From: an uncultured delta proteobacterium
GTDB lineage: Bacteria; Desulfobacterota; Syntrophorhabdia; Syntrophorhabdales; WCHB1-27
Length of the DNA stretch: 64,000 bases
Direction of reading: 5' to 3'
Assembly: GCA_963835595.1 (NCBI GenBank)
Contig: CAWIGL010000003.1
Coordinates: 509,620 to 573,619 of the forward strand
Shown one piece after another: positions 41,563 through 50,910 of this stretch; the stretch's first letter is position 1; each line of letters opens with the position of its first letter. Position numbers and translations under genes: made by a program. The notes beneath the pieces are model-generated. The model saw nothing but the letters and a program-made list of their open reading frames with translations. It was not told the DNA's origin and made no database searches.

Positions 41563-43910
41563 GGCCTTTTTCCCACATCGACGCCCATTCGATAGAGTCG
41601 GCGCTTGCCGCGTTGAAGCGGTACGGGGGCAAGGCCCGGCTTTTCGCGGGCGGCACGGACGTCTTGGGCGCGCTGAAAAACGAATTTCTTCCCGGCTACC
41701 CGGAGGCGATCATCAACATAAAGGGCATCGAAGGGCTTGACGCCGTCCGTGAGGATGCAGGAGGGCTGAAGATCGGCGCCCTTGCCACCCTTGCCGAAAT
41801 AGCCGCCTCACCATCGATCAACGAGCGATATAAGGCGCTCGCCGAAGCGGCCCGCTCCGTTGCAACGCCCCAGGTCAGAAATGCGGCGACAGTCGGCGGA
41901 AACCTCGCCCAGGACGTCCGCTGTTGGTACTACAGATATCCCGACGCCCTGGGAGGGCAAATCGTCTGCCTGCGAAAGGGGGGCAAGACGTGCAACGCCC
42001 TTTTCGGGGACAACAGGTATCACTCGATATTCGGCTCGGCCCCGATGGAGCAATATCCGTGCTCTTCACACTGTCCGGCCTCGACCGATATACCCCTCTA
42101 TTTGAGCAAAGTCAAGAGCGGCGACCTTTCGGATGCAGCCGGGATACTTCTCGCAGCCAATCCGATGCCGGCCGTCACCGGGAGGGTCTGCCCGATGTTC
42201 TGTGAGCCCGCGTGCAACCGCGCTGGGCACGACGAGCCCGTGGCCATACGCTGCGTCGAGCGGTTCCTGGGTGACCGCATCCTCGAAGAACCGGCCCGGT
42301 TCTTCAGGCCCCCTGCTACTGAATCGGGGAAGAAGGCGGCCGTTATCGGCTCCGGGCCTGCCGGGCTTGCGGCGGCCTATTATCTCAGGAAGCACGGACA
42401 CGGGGTGACGGTCTTCGAGAGGGCGCCGGCGCCGGGAGGTATGCTCGTCTCCGCGATACCGCCCTATCGCCTGCCGAAAGGCGTTGTAGAGAAAGAGATT
42501 CGGGCCCTGGAGTCCATGGGGATCGCGTTCAGGTGCGGCGTTGCCGTCGGAAAGGACCCGACCACGGCACGCCTCATGGAAACTTTCGACGCGGTTTTTG
42601 CAGCGGCGGGCGCGTGGAAGGAGCGGTCCCTGGGGATCAAGGGCGAAGAGATCGCGCTGTCGGGACTCTCCGTCCTCAACAGGGTGAATACGGGCTTCCT
42701 GGAGATGCCTTGGAAGAAGGTCGCCGTGATCGGCGGCGGGAATGTCGCCATCGATGTGGCAAGGACGCTTCTCAGGCTCGGCGCCAGACCCGTAGTGCTC
42801 TACCGGCGGACCCGGAACGAGATGCCGGCCCTGAAGGACGGGATCGTCAAGGCGGAAGAAGACGGCATCCCTTTCAAGTTCCTTACCTTGCCGATGGAAG
42901 CGGCCCGGGTAAAGGACGGTGTCCTTCTGACGTGCAGGCGCATGAAGCTCGGGTCTCCCGACGCATCGGGCAGGCGAGCCCCGGTTCCCAGGGAAGGCTC
43001 GGATTTTACCATGACCGTCGATGCGGTTATCAAGGCCATCGGCGAAGAGCCGGACAGATCGTTTCTCCCTGCGGACCTGAGACGGAGAATAAAAGTCGGA
43101 GGCGGGTCCCCGCTTTTCTTCGACAAAAACCTCTTTGCAGGCGGCGACTTCGTGACCGGCCCCTCGACGGTTATCGAGGCCGTGGCCTCCGGGCGCGATG
43201 CGGCGCGCGCCATACATGCGTGGCTCCGGGGCGACGAGCCGTCGCTGCCGGCCCGCGAAGCCGGGCCTCGCTTCACCGCGCCTTCCTACGATCCGACCGC
43301 CCGTATAAAAGTCCCTGTTATGCCAAAGGCCGAACGGATCAAGGGCCTGGACGAAGAAGACGGGGGCGCGGCGGCCGAGGCCGTAATCGCAGAGGCCGGG
43401 AGGTGCTTCAATTGCGGCTGCGTGGCGGTAAGCCCTTCGGATATAGGCCTGGCGCTCGTAGCGCTCGACGCGCGCATCGTGACAACCAAGCGGGCCTTGA
43501 GCGCGGAAGAGTTCTTTTCCGCCACCGCAGCGCGCTCGACTGTTCTCGGCGGCGACGAGTTGATAACCGAAATTCAAGTTCCGAGGCCGGCTGCGGGCGC
43601 GCGACAGGTGTACTCGAAGTTCACCTTGCGAAAACCTATCGATTTTGCCATTGCCGGCGTCGCGTGTGTCGTTACCATGCGAGACGGCGTCTGTTCCAAG
43701 GCCCGTATCGCCCTGGGCGGGGTGGCTGCGGAGCCTGTGCGGGCGAGGGAGGCCGAGAAATTCCTCGCGGAGCGTCGGATCGACACCCCAACGGCTGAGG
43801 CGGCAGCGCAATTGGCGGTAGAGGGGGCAAGGCCTTTGAGCGATAACGCCTACAAGGTCGAGATTATCAAAACCCTCGTGAAAAGGGCCATCGTCTCCGC
43901 AAGCCGTTAG
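41559..43910 (+). CDS. FAD-binding subunit of the Mo enzyme with an inserted GltD/NfnB-like Fe-S + NAD(P)H-flavin module (783 aa)
   Basis: The ATG overlaps the upstream TGA. The N-terminus is CO-dehydrogenase-flavoprotein-like (LFAGGTDVLGALK, ATVGGNLAQ). The insert follows: CPASTDIPLYL...TGRVCPMFCEPACNR...KKAAVIGSGPAGLAAAYYL...VAVIGGGNVAIDVART...LFAGGDFV. The C-terminal flavoprotein domain then resumes (YSKFTLRKPIDFAIAGVACV...ARIALGGVAAEPVR). Confidence 0.8.
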   Translation: MRPFSHIDAHSIESALAALKRYGGKARLFAGGTDVLGALKNEFLPGYPEAIINIKGIEGLDAVREDAGGLKIGALATLAEIAASPSINERYKALAEAARSVATPQVRNAATVGGNLAQDVRCWYYRYPDALGGQIVCLRKGGKTCNALFGDNRYHSIFGSAPMEQYPCSSHCPASTDIPLYLSKVKSGDLSDAAGILLAANPMPAVTGRVCPMFCEPACNRAGHDEPVAIRCVERFLGDRILEEPARFFRPPATESGKKAAVIGSGPAGLAAAYYLRKHGHGVTVFERAPAPGGMLVSAIPPYRLPKGVVEKEIRALESMGIAFRCGVAVGKDPTTARLMETFDAVFAAAGAWKERSLGIKGEEIALSGLSVLNRVNTGFLEMPWKKVAVIGGGNVAIDVARTLLRLGARPVVLYRRTRNEMPALKDGIVKAEEDGIPFKFLTLPMEAARVKDGVLLTCRRMKLGSPDASGRRAPVPREGSDFTMTVDAVIKAIGEEPDRSFLPADLRRRIKVGGGSPLFFDKNLFAGGDFVTGPSTVIEAVASGRDAARAIHAWLRGDEPSLPAREAGPRFTAPSYDPTARIKVPVMPKAERIKGLDEEDGGAAAEAVIAEAGRCFNCGCVAVSPSDIGLALVALDARIVTTKRALSAEEFFSATAARSTVLGGDELITEIQVPRPAAGARQVYSKFTLRKPIDFAIAGVACVVTMRDGVCSKARIALGGVAAEPVRAREAEKFLAERRIDTPTAEAAAQLAVEGARPLSDNAYKVEIIKTLVKRAIVSASR

Positions 43911-43978
43911 GAGAAGGCAGCCGGCGCATAATAAGGCCGGGGCGAGGGAGCTAAGAGTGCGGCATCACAGGGAAAACT

Positions 43979-44003
43979 CCCTCTCCCTGATGAGGGGAGA
44001 GGG
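43979..44003 (-). terminator. Hairpin terminator for the minus-strand operon, abutting a G-tract
   Basis: CCCTCTCCC / GGGAGAGGG stem with a 7-nt loop. On the minus strand it is followed by AGTTTTCC. On the plus strand it is followed by GGGTGGGGGTGGGGGTGGGGGTGAGGG (44001-44027). Confidence 0.5.
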
Positions 44004-44046
44004 TGGGGGTGGGGGTGGGGGTGAGGGCATATTCTTTCACATGTTC

Positions 44047-44331
44047 TCACCCGCCGCCGACGATGAGCATGTTGACCGCTACCGTGTCCCCGTCGTTCAG
44101 AGCCGAGTCGAGTCCCCCGCACAAATGTAATTCGACGTCGTTGACCCTCACTTCCCAGTCGTCCTCGATATCGGCAGCGCTGTCCTTGACATACCGCACG
44201 TTTCTGGCGCCCGCCATAACGGACAGCTCTTCCAGGAATTGCCCGACGCTAACGGCGGGCCGGTCGAGCTCGACGCTTTCCCTGCCTTCAAGCCCAGGCA
44301 GAAAAATGTTCGACTTTAAATGAATCACCAT
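44047..44331 (-). CDS. MoaD/ThiS-family ubiquitin-like small protein (C-terminal GGG)
   Basis: 94 aa ending ...NDGDTVAVNMLIVGGG*, a beta-grasp sulfur-carrier-like pattern. Confidence 0.6.
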   Translation of the reverse strand: MVIHLKSNIFLPGLEGRESVELDRPAVSVGQFLEELSVMAGARNVRYVKDSAADIEDDWEVRVNDVELHLCGGLDSALNDGDTVAVNMLIVGGG

Positions 44332-44357
44332 TACGCGCCTGTTCCCTCAACTCAAAC

Positions 44358-45422
44358 TCAATAGTCGTAGGCCGTCGGCACCTTTTTCGACTTTTCCTGC
44401 CGCTTCCAGTAGTCGATGCGCTCGTTGATGAAGCCGAGCCACGTGTCTACCTCGGCAGGCTTGTAGCCCTTCGACGTCATATCTTTCTTGAACTCCACGA
44501 TGACCGGCTCCGCGGCCTTGACCCACTTGGCGCTCTCCGCATCGCCTATCGCAACCATGCTGCCGCCCTGCTTGATAAAGAACTCCCTGCCCTCGATATC
44601 GATATTGTTCCACGCGACGGCCCATCTTTCGATGAATTCCTTGGAGTGCTCCGTTATCACCCTCTGCACGTCCGCCGGCAGGCTGTTCCATTTGTGCTTG
44701 TTCATGACTACATAAAAGGCGAAAACGCTCCCCACCTTCCACGACGCGGTCGTATACTTCTCCACTTCCCCCGTCTTCCAGCCCTTGAGCTGCTCCAGCG
44801 GACCGAGGTTGCCTTCGAGGACGCCCCTCCTCAGCGCATCATAGATGTCTGCCATCTCGAACGGCACAGGCACGGCCCCAAGGGCCTTCACTATATCCCC
44901 TATCCTTCCGGTGCCCCTGATCTTCAGCCCTTTCAGGTCTTCCAGCGTTCTCACCGGCTTGCTCAACGTCTGCAGGACGTTCGGCGGGCTTGTGCTGAAC
45001 ATGATGGGGTGGTAGTTGTCCCATTCCTTCGGCTTGAACTTCTCGTAAAAGTCGTTCGACACATGGGTGGCGATCCAACTGCTCGGAAAACCGAGGGGAA
45101 GCTCCATGATCTCCATGACGGGAAAACGGCCACGGGAGTACGAGCAGTGGGAAAGGCCGATATCGGCTATGCCGGTGGAGACGCCCGCCGCCATCTTGGG
45201 CGCGGAGAGGAGCGTGCCGCCCGTATACTGGCGGATCTCCACTTTCCCGGCGAGCTTCTTGTTCAGCTCTTCGCACCACTTCTCCATCATGGTCGAGTTC
45301 ATGTGGGTCGGCGGAAAGAAATTGGCGAACTTGAGCTTTATCACGTCCGCCGAGCTTACCGAATACGTCGATAAGACTACCGAGAAGATAAAGACGACTA
45401 TCGATGCGACTTTTCTTGTCAT
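44358..45422 (-). CDS. TRAP-transporter solute-binding protein (DctP family), no adjacent membrane subunits
   Basis: Signal peptide MTRKVASIVVFIFSVVLSTYSVSSA, then the DctP-like pattern (KLKFANFFPPTH..., LKGLKIRGTG...). Confidence 0.8.
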   Translation of the reverse strand: MTRKVASIVVFIFSVVLSTYSVSSADVIKLKFANFFPPTHMNSTMMEKWCEELNKKLAGKVEIRQYTGGTLLSAPKMAAGVSTGIADIGLSHCSYSRGRFPVMEIMELPLGFPSSWIATHVSNDFYEKFKPKEWDNYHPIMFSTSPPNVLQTLSKPVRTLEDLKGLKIRGTGRIGDIVKALGAVPVPFEMADIYDALRRGVLEGNLGPLEQLKGWKTGEVEKYTTASWKVGSVFAFYVVMNKHKWNSLPADVQRVITEHSKEFIERWAVAWNNIDIEGREFFIKQGGSMVAIGDAESAKWVKAAEPVIVEFKKDMTSKGYKPAEVDTWLGFINERIDYWKRQEKSKKVPTAYDY

Positions 45423-45520
45423 TTGCTTTGCCCCCTTTTTTTACTTTTTTACCCCCCGCAACTGCTTGCGTATACTTTCCCTTTCCGGCGCACCTCCTTT
45501 TATCCGTTGAGAACCGGCTG

Positions 45521-45997
45521 CTATTTTTTCGCCATCGCCTTTGCGGCCGCCATGACCGAATCGACGATCTGCTGGTAACCCGTGCACCGGCAGAGGTTGC
45601 CGGAGATCGCAGTCCGCGCCTCGAGGGGCGTAGGGTCCGGGTTTTCGTCGAGCAGCGCCTTGGCGGACATAATCATGCCGGGCGTGCAGAAACCGCACTG
45701 GATGCCGCCGTGCTGCACGAACGCCTCCTGGATCGGGTGCAGCTTCTCGCCGTCCGCCAACCCTTCGATGGTCGTGATGCTCCTGCCCTGCGCGTCGAGG
45801 GCGAGGACCAGGCACGAGGCGACGGGCTTGCCGTCCATAAGCACCGTGCACGCGCCGCACTCCCCTTCGCTGCACGACTTCTTGGTCCCCGTGAGGCCGA
45901 GCTTGTCGCGGAGCACCTCCACCAGCGTCAGGTGCGATTCTATCCCTATGGCGTAGGCAACGCCGTTTACGGTGAGCGTCAATGGAACCGGGGTCAT
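45521..45997 (-). CDS. Xanthine-dehydrogenase-family enzyme, [2Fe-2S] small subunit (second set)
   Basis: CSEGECGACTVLMDGKPV.SC and CGFCTPGMIMSA...GNLCRCTGY. The ATG at 45997 overlaps the upstream stop. Confidence 0.9.
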   Translation of the reverse strand: MTPVPLTLTVNGVAYAIGIESHLTLVEVLRDKLGLTGTKKSCSEGECGACTVLMDGKPVASCLVLALDAQGRSITTIEGLADGEKLHPIQEAFVQHGGIQCGFCTPGMIMSAKALLDENPDPTPLEARTAISGNLCRCTGYQQIVDSVMAAAKAMAKK

Positions 45998-46881
45998 CGT
46001 GCTCCTCCTTCCGTCGATCGATTGAGCGCAGCGATCAGGGCCCGCCTGGTAAGCACCTCGACCATGCTGCAGCGATAGTCCAATGAAGAGCGGACATCCG
46101 TGATGGGCCTGCAGACGGCGCCGCATACCCTGCCCACCTCGGCGGCAAGCCCCTCGGTGAGGACCTTGCCTTCCAGCATCCCCTCCGCCTCCGTAGCCAT
46201 GATGGGCGTAGGGGCAACTGCGCCGAGGGCGACCTTTGCAGACCGGCACACCCCGCCCTTATCGAGGAAGACGAAGGCTGCGGCGCCGACGAGGGCGAGG
46301 TCGAGGGCCGCTCGCCGCATCAGCTTGAGGTAGGCCCCTTTCCCTTTGGGGTCGGGGAGAGTTATGTGCGTCAGGATTTCCGCTGCGCCGATGGTGCAGG
46401 CAGCAGGCCCGGCGAAAAGGCCCCCGACGTGACAGGTGCGCCCGCCCGCGGGACCGGTGATATGCGCCTGCGCAGACAACACCATCAGGGGCGGCGCCAT
46501 GTCTGCCGAAGGGACGGCGCTCACGAGGTTCCCCCCTATCGTCGCAAGCGTCCTGACCTGGGGGGAGGCCATCACGGAGGCCGCGTCCCAAAGCGGCGTG
46601 TAGACCTCCCTGATTACCTCCGAGCGCAGGATTTCGGCAATCGTCGTTAAGGCGCCGATGGTGAGACCCTGGGCATCGACCTTTATGCCCGAAAGCCCTT
46701 CGATGCCCTTGAGGTTGATAAGGTGAGACGGCGCAGCCGTGCGCTTTTTCATAGCGAGGAGAAGGTCCGTCCCGCCTGCGAGGAGCTTCGCGCTGCCGCC
46801 GAAGGCGCCAAGGAGGTCGAGCGCTTCGGGAAGCGAGGCGGGCGCGTGGTATTCGAATTTCGGCAATCTTCTGATAAACAT
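45994..46881 (-). CDS. FAD-binding (CO-dehydrogenase-flavoprotein-like) medium subunit (second set, conventional size)
   Basis: MFIRRLPKFEYHAPASL...LLAGGTDLLLAMK...TIGGNL...LKLMRRAALDLALVGAAA. 295 aa with no insertion. Confidence 0.85.
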   Translation of the reverse strand: MFIRRLPKFEYHAPASLPEALDLLGAFGGSAKLLAGGTDLLLAMKKRTAAPSHLINLKGIEGLSGIKVDAQGLTIGALTTIAEILRSEVIREVYTPLWDAASVMASPQVRTLATIGGNLVSAVPSADMAPPLMVLSAQAHITGPAGGRTCHVGGLFAGPAACTIGAAEILTHITLPDPKGKGAYLKLMRRAALDLALVGAAAFVFLDKGGVCRSAKVALGAVAPTPIMATEAEGMLEGKVLTEGLAAEVGRVCGAVCRPITDVRSSLDYRCSMVEVLTRRALIAALNRSTEGGAR

Positions 46882-49166
46882 CACTTTCCCTCCTTTTTCT
46901 TCAGCTCCGCGAGGATCTTCTCCGGCGTAATGGGGAGGTCCCTGATGCGGACGCCCACCGCGTCGTAAACGCCGTTGGCGATGGCCGCGATAGTCGAGCA
47001 GGAGCTTGCCTCGCCTGCCCCCTTCGCCCCGAACGGGCCGTAGGGGTCGTGGGTGTGCACGTGGTCTACGATGTACTCCGGGGTGTCGAGGGCGGTAGGC
47101 TGTTTGTAGTCCCTCCAGGAGTGGTTGAGCATAACCCCGTGCCCGTCGTAAAGGGCCTCTTCGAGGAGGGCGTGGCCGGTCATGTGCGCCGAGCCCCCGT
47201 TCACCTGGCCTTCCAGCATAACGGGATGGATGGGCTGGCCCGCGTCGTCGGCGCTCACGCCTTTCCGCAGGCTCACCTTTCCCGTCTCCAGATCGACGTC
47301 CATCTCGACGGCCGTCGCGATGAAATCGATGCCGTGGGCGAGGTTCCCCGCGCCCGTCTTCCAATCGACGAGGTCGATGTCCGTCGCGGCCCAGTAGCCC
47401 CTGCCGTAAAGCGGCGTGCCCATATCGTAATAGGCGGTCCTGACCGCATCGATGAACTTCATGCCTTTCTTCGGGTCGTCCTTGACGTATATCCTCGAAC
47501 CCTTGAATTCGAGGTCTTCAGGCTTGCCGCCCAGTTTCTTTACCGCGATCTCCGCGAGCTGACGTTTCAGATCGTTGGCCGCCGCTATCGTGGCGTTTCC
47601 GTCCCAGTACGTGCACCGGTCGGAGAACATGCCGGAGTCGAGGATCGCCGTATCCGAGTCGCTCGGCCCCTGTATCACGTCCCCGAAGGCGATGCCCAGG
47701 ACCTCGGCGGCCATCTGGCAGAAGACCGTGTTGCAGCCCTGGCCGATCTCCGTGCCGCCGTGGGTCAGCACGATTTTGCCGTCTTCCTGGAGCTTGAGAA
47801 GGACCGACGACCCGAAATGGCCGCCCAGCCTCACCCCCGACGGGTGTGACGCGCAACTGAAGCCTATGCCGCGCCCTTTCGGGCGGGACTTCCTGCTTTC
47901 CTTCCAGCCGATCGTCCCCGCCGACTTCTCGATGCATTCGGGAAGGCCGCAGACATCGACGACAACGCCGTTCGCCGTAGTCCAGTTGTTCGTCACCGCG
48001 TTGACGGACCGTATCTCCACCTGGTCGATGCCTATCTCCTCGGCCACGATGCCGAGCAGGGAATCGACCGCGTACTGGGCCAGCACGATCTCCTGCCCCC
48101 TTACCGTGCCGCAGGGCGCCCTGTTCGAGTAGACGAGCTTGCCGTGATACTCGACGGCGGGCACCTTGTACGGAAGGTTGAGCCACGCCCCGAAGAAATA
48201 GATATTGAAAGGGCCGATGCCGGAGATAGGCCCGCCTTCCAGCACGCACTCCGCCTTGAGGGCCGTGATCTTGCCGTTCTTCTTCACCCCAATCTTCAGG
48301 GTGGCGTCCATCGCGTTGCGCTGCCTGTACCCCGCGAGCACCTCATCGTAATTGAGCACGATCTTGACGGGCCGGTTCGTGACCTGCGCCAGCCTGACCG
48401 CCGCGAAATCGACATCGAAGGGGTCGTGCTTGCCGGAGAATGCGCCGCCGACAAAGGGCGTCACCAGGCGCATCTTCGACAGTGGCAGGTCCAGTGCCCT
48501 GCACATGTGGCGCCAGGTCGGATAAGGGCTCTGCTTGGAGCCCTGCAAAAGGACGCGCCCCGTCGAGTCCACCTCCGCGAGGCACGCATGGGGCTCGATG
48601 AAGCCGACAGCCACGCGCTGGGAGCTGAATTTCTCCTCCCTTATGTAGTCCGCTTCGCTGAATCCTTTCTCCGGGTCTCCGAACATGAAATCGGAGGTAT
48701 AGGCGATGTTGCTCGTGCAGAACTCGTTGACCAGGGGGGCGCCGGCCTTAAGGGCGTCCTGCGCGGTCAGCACCACGGGCAGCTCTTCGTACTCGACCTT
48801 GATAAGGTCGAGGGCCTCTTCCGCCGTATCCTCGTCGATAGCCGCGACTGCGGCTACACCTTCGCCGAAATGGTGCACCTTCGTCACGGGCATGGGCAAC
48901 TGGTCCCGCGTGTCGGGCCTCGTGCCGAAAGGGATGCCGGGGAAATCCTTCCCCGTTATGACCGCCAGCACCCCCGGAAGCTTTTTCGCCCTGCTCGTAT
49001 CGATGTCCAGTATCTTCGCATGGGCCAGGGTGCTCCTCAGTATCTTGCCGTGGAGCATCCCCGGCGCAACGAGGTCACCCGCGTAGCGCGCCTTGCCCGT
49101 AGCCTTGACCCGCCCGTCCGTCCTCTCCACGGGCTTGCCGACCACCTGGTATTCTTCCCTCTCCAT
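46881..49166 (-). CDS. Xanthine-dehydrogenase-family molybdopterin-binding large subunit (second set; 4-hydroxybenzoyl-CoA-reductase-like candidate)
   Basis: MEREEYQVVGKPVERTDGRVKATGKARYAGDL...GKILRSTLAHAKILDIDTS... 761 aa from ATG 49166. The upstream part of the 803-aa ORF is an extension. Confidence 0.85.
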   Translation of the reverse strand: MEREEYQVVGKPVERTDGRVKATGKARYAGDLVAPGMLHGKILRSTLAHAKILDIDTSRAKKLPGVLAVITGKDFPGIPFGTRPDTRDQLPMPVTKVHHFGEGVAAVAAIDEDTAEEALDLIKVEYEELPVVLTAQDALKAGAPLVNEFCTSNIAYTSDFMFGDPEKGFSEADYIREEKFSSQRVAVGFIEPHACLAEVDSTGRVLLQGSKQSPYPTWRHMCRALDLPLSKMRLVTPFVGGAFSGKHDPFDVDFAAVRLAQVTNRPVKIVLNYDEVLAGYRQRNAMDATLKIGVKKNGKITALKAECVLEGGPISGIGPFNIYFFGAWLNLPYKVPAVEYHGKLVYSNRAPCGTVRGQEIVLAQYAVDSLLGIVAEEIGIDQVEIRSVNAVTNNWTTANGVVVDVCGLPECIEKSAGTIGWKESRKSRPKGRGIGFSCASHPSGVRLGGHFGSSVLLKLQEDGKIVLTHGGTEIGQGCNTVFCQMAAEVLGIAFGDVIQGPSDSDTAILDSGMFSDRCTYWDGNATIAAANDLKRQLAEIAVKKLGGKPEDLEFKGSRIYVKDDPKKGMKFIDAVRTAYYDMGTPLYGRGYWAATDIDLVDWKTGAGNLAHGIDFIATAVEMDVDLETGKVSLRKGVSADDAGQPIHPVMLEGQVNGGSAHMTGHALLEEALYDGHGVMLNHSWRDYKQPTALDTPEYIVDHVHTHDPYGPFGAKGAGEASSCSTIAAIANGVYDAVGVRIRDLPITPEKILAELKKKEGK

Positions 49167-49194
49167 TATTGCCCCCTTGTCGGATTTGTGCGCG

Positions 49195-50853
49195 TTAAAT
49201 CTTCCCTTCTTTTTCCATCTTATTTTTGATCTCCTCCCGCAGGGCCTTCTTGTCCACCTTGCCCACCTTCGTGAAAGGCAGCACCTCGACAAGCTCGACC
49301 CTTTCGGGCAGTTGCACGACCGAGGCCCCGACGCCCTTCAGGAACGATACGATATCTTCGAGGGTAGGCGCAAAACCAGGCTTCGGCACTACGAAGGCGC
49401 AGGTCCTCTCGCCCAGTATCTTATCCGGCATGGCGACGACGGCCGAGTCGGCAACTGCCGGATGCATGCTCATCATGTTCTCGATCTCGACTGCGCTGAT
49501 GTTCTCTCCGCCCCTGATAATGATGTCCTTTATGCGGCCCGTGACCCAGATGTTCCCCTCCTCGTCCTTCTTTGCCTGGTCGCCTGTCCTGAAAAAACCG
49601 TCCTTCGTGAAGACCTTCGCCCTGTCCTCCTCCGAGGAGTCGAAATAGCCCGTAAAGACACCCGGCCCCTTCGATACGAGCTCGCCTTCCCCGTTGACGG
49701 GCAGCTCCCTGTCTTCCTGATCGACGACTTTCAGCTCGTCGTACGGGCAGATAGGCTTGCCCACGCTGCCGCATATGAGGTCTATGCTGTCGCCCAGCTT
49801 CGTGCTGGAGCAGGTCCCTTCCACCGAGCCGAACCCGTTGACGAACTGGGCGCCGATCCTCTCACGGACGCTCTTGACCAGCTCGTGGGTGCTCGACGCA
49901 CCGCCGACGGAGACCTTCTTGAGGGAGCTCAGATCGTAGTCGCCCAGGTTCTCCATCTGCATGACCCTCGCGATCAGCGCGGGGACGGTCGGGATCGCAG
50001 TCACCTTCTCCTTCTCGATCCAGGCGCATATGTCTTCGGGCTTCGTCGAGTCGAGGAGCACCAGCTTTGCGTGGCAGAAAAGCGACGCAGCCATCCCCCA
50101 GTGGACGCTCAGGTTGTGGCCGAGGGGGGCGATGACCATGACCGTGTCCTGGCACGTCAGGTCCCACCGGTACGTGTGGTACTCGACATTGTTCCAGTAG
50201 CAGTTGTGCGTGCGGGGACTGAGCTTCGGCAGCCCCGTCGTGCCTCCCGTCGGCAGGATCTGGGAGACCTCGTCGGGGTCGGGGCGCCTCTCTTCGAGGG
50301 CCTTGAGGGTCTGCGCCGTCAGCGCTTCCCGCGCAATCAACGTATCGAGCCGATGGTAGTCCGTCGCCTCCGATGGCCTCGCCTGGATGATGTGCTTTAT
50401 CTGGGGGTTTTCCTTGAGAACTGCGTCGATGGTCGGCTGGTAGGCGATCTTGCCGTACTGCTGCGGTAGGATCCACGCGACGGGCTTCGTCAGCCTGCTC
50501 AGGTGGTTGATCTCCAGCGCGTTGTGGCGCGGTATCAGCACTACGATAATGGCGCCTATCTTCTGGAGGGCAAGCCAGGAGAAGACGAACTCGTGCCAGT
50601 TCGGGAGCTGCAGAAGCACCCTGTCTTTCTCCCTGATGCCAAGCTCCATCAAAGCGACGGCCAGCTTGTCTACGGCCTCGCGCAGCTCCCTGTTGGTCCA
50701 GCGGCCTGCGTCGTCAACCAGGCCGATTTTCTCAGGGTAAATGTCGGTGTGCTTGTTGAAGAAGTCGCCCCAGGTCATGCCGAGCCACCACTTCAACGCG
50801 GTATACTTCTCTATGTCCGCGCCCACGTATGGCGCGCAGCCCTTTATAGGCAT
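49195..50853 (-). CDS. Aryl-CoA/AMP ligase (2,3-dihydroxybenzoate-AMP-ligase-like adenylating enzyme)
   Basis: LPTGGTTGLPK, GHNL, FRTGD, GRIKDIIIRGGENIS, C-terminal KVGKVDKK. 552 aa, intact. Confidence 0.85.
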   Translation of the reverse strand: MPIKGCAPYVGADIEKYTALKWWLGMTWGDFFNKHTDIYPEKIGLVDDAGRWTNRELREAVDKLAVALMELGIREKDRVLLQLPNWHEFVFSWLALQKIGAIIVVLIPRHNALEINHLSRLTKPVAWILPQQYGKIAYQPTIDAVLKENPQIKHIIQARPSEATDYHRLDTLIAREALTAQTLKALEERRPDPDEVSQILPTGGTTGLPKLSPRTHNCYWNNVEYHTYRWDLTCQDTVMVIAPLGHNLSVHWGMAASLFCHAKLVLLDSTKPEDICAWIEKEKVTAIPTVPALIARVMQMENLGDYDLSSLKKVSVGGASSTHELVKSVRERIGAQFVNGFGSVEGTCSSTKLGDSIDLICGSVGKPICPYDELKVVDQEDRELPVNGEGELVSKGPGVFTGYFDSSEEDRAKVFTKDGFFRTGDQAKKDEEGNIWVTGRIKDIIIRGGENISAVEIENMMSMHPAVADSAVVAMPDKILGERTCAFVVPKPGFAPTLEDIVSFLKGVGASVVQLPERVELVEVLPFTKVGKVDKKALREEIKNKMEKEGKI

Positions 50854-50910
50854 AGGATTGCCCCTCCTTTCTTATCCGGTCCCGTATCGATTCGGCCCCT
50901 CTACCGTAAT

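Noticed and set aside
43994-44027. GTGGGG tandem repeats considered as a mini CRISPR or tandem-repeat locus
   Set aside because: There are only about 3.5 units of 6 nt with no spacers. It is better described as a G-tract attached to a terminator hairpin.
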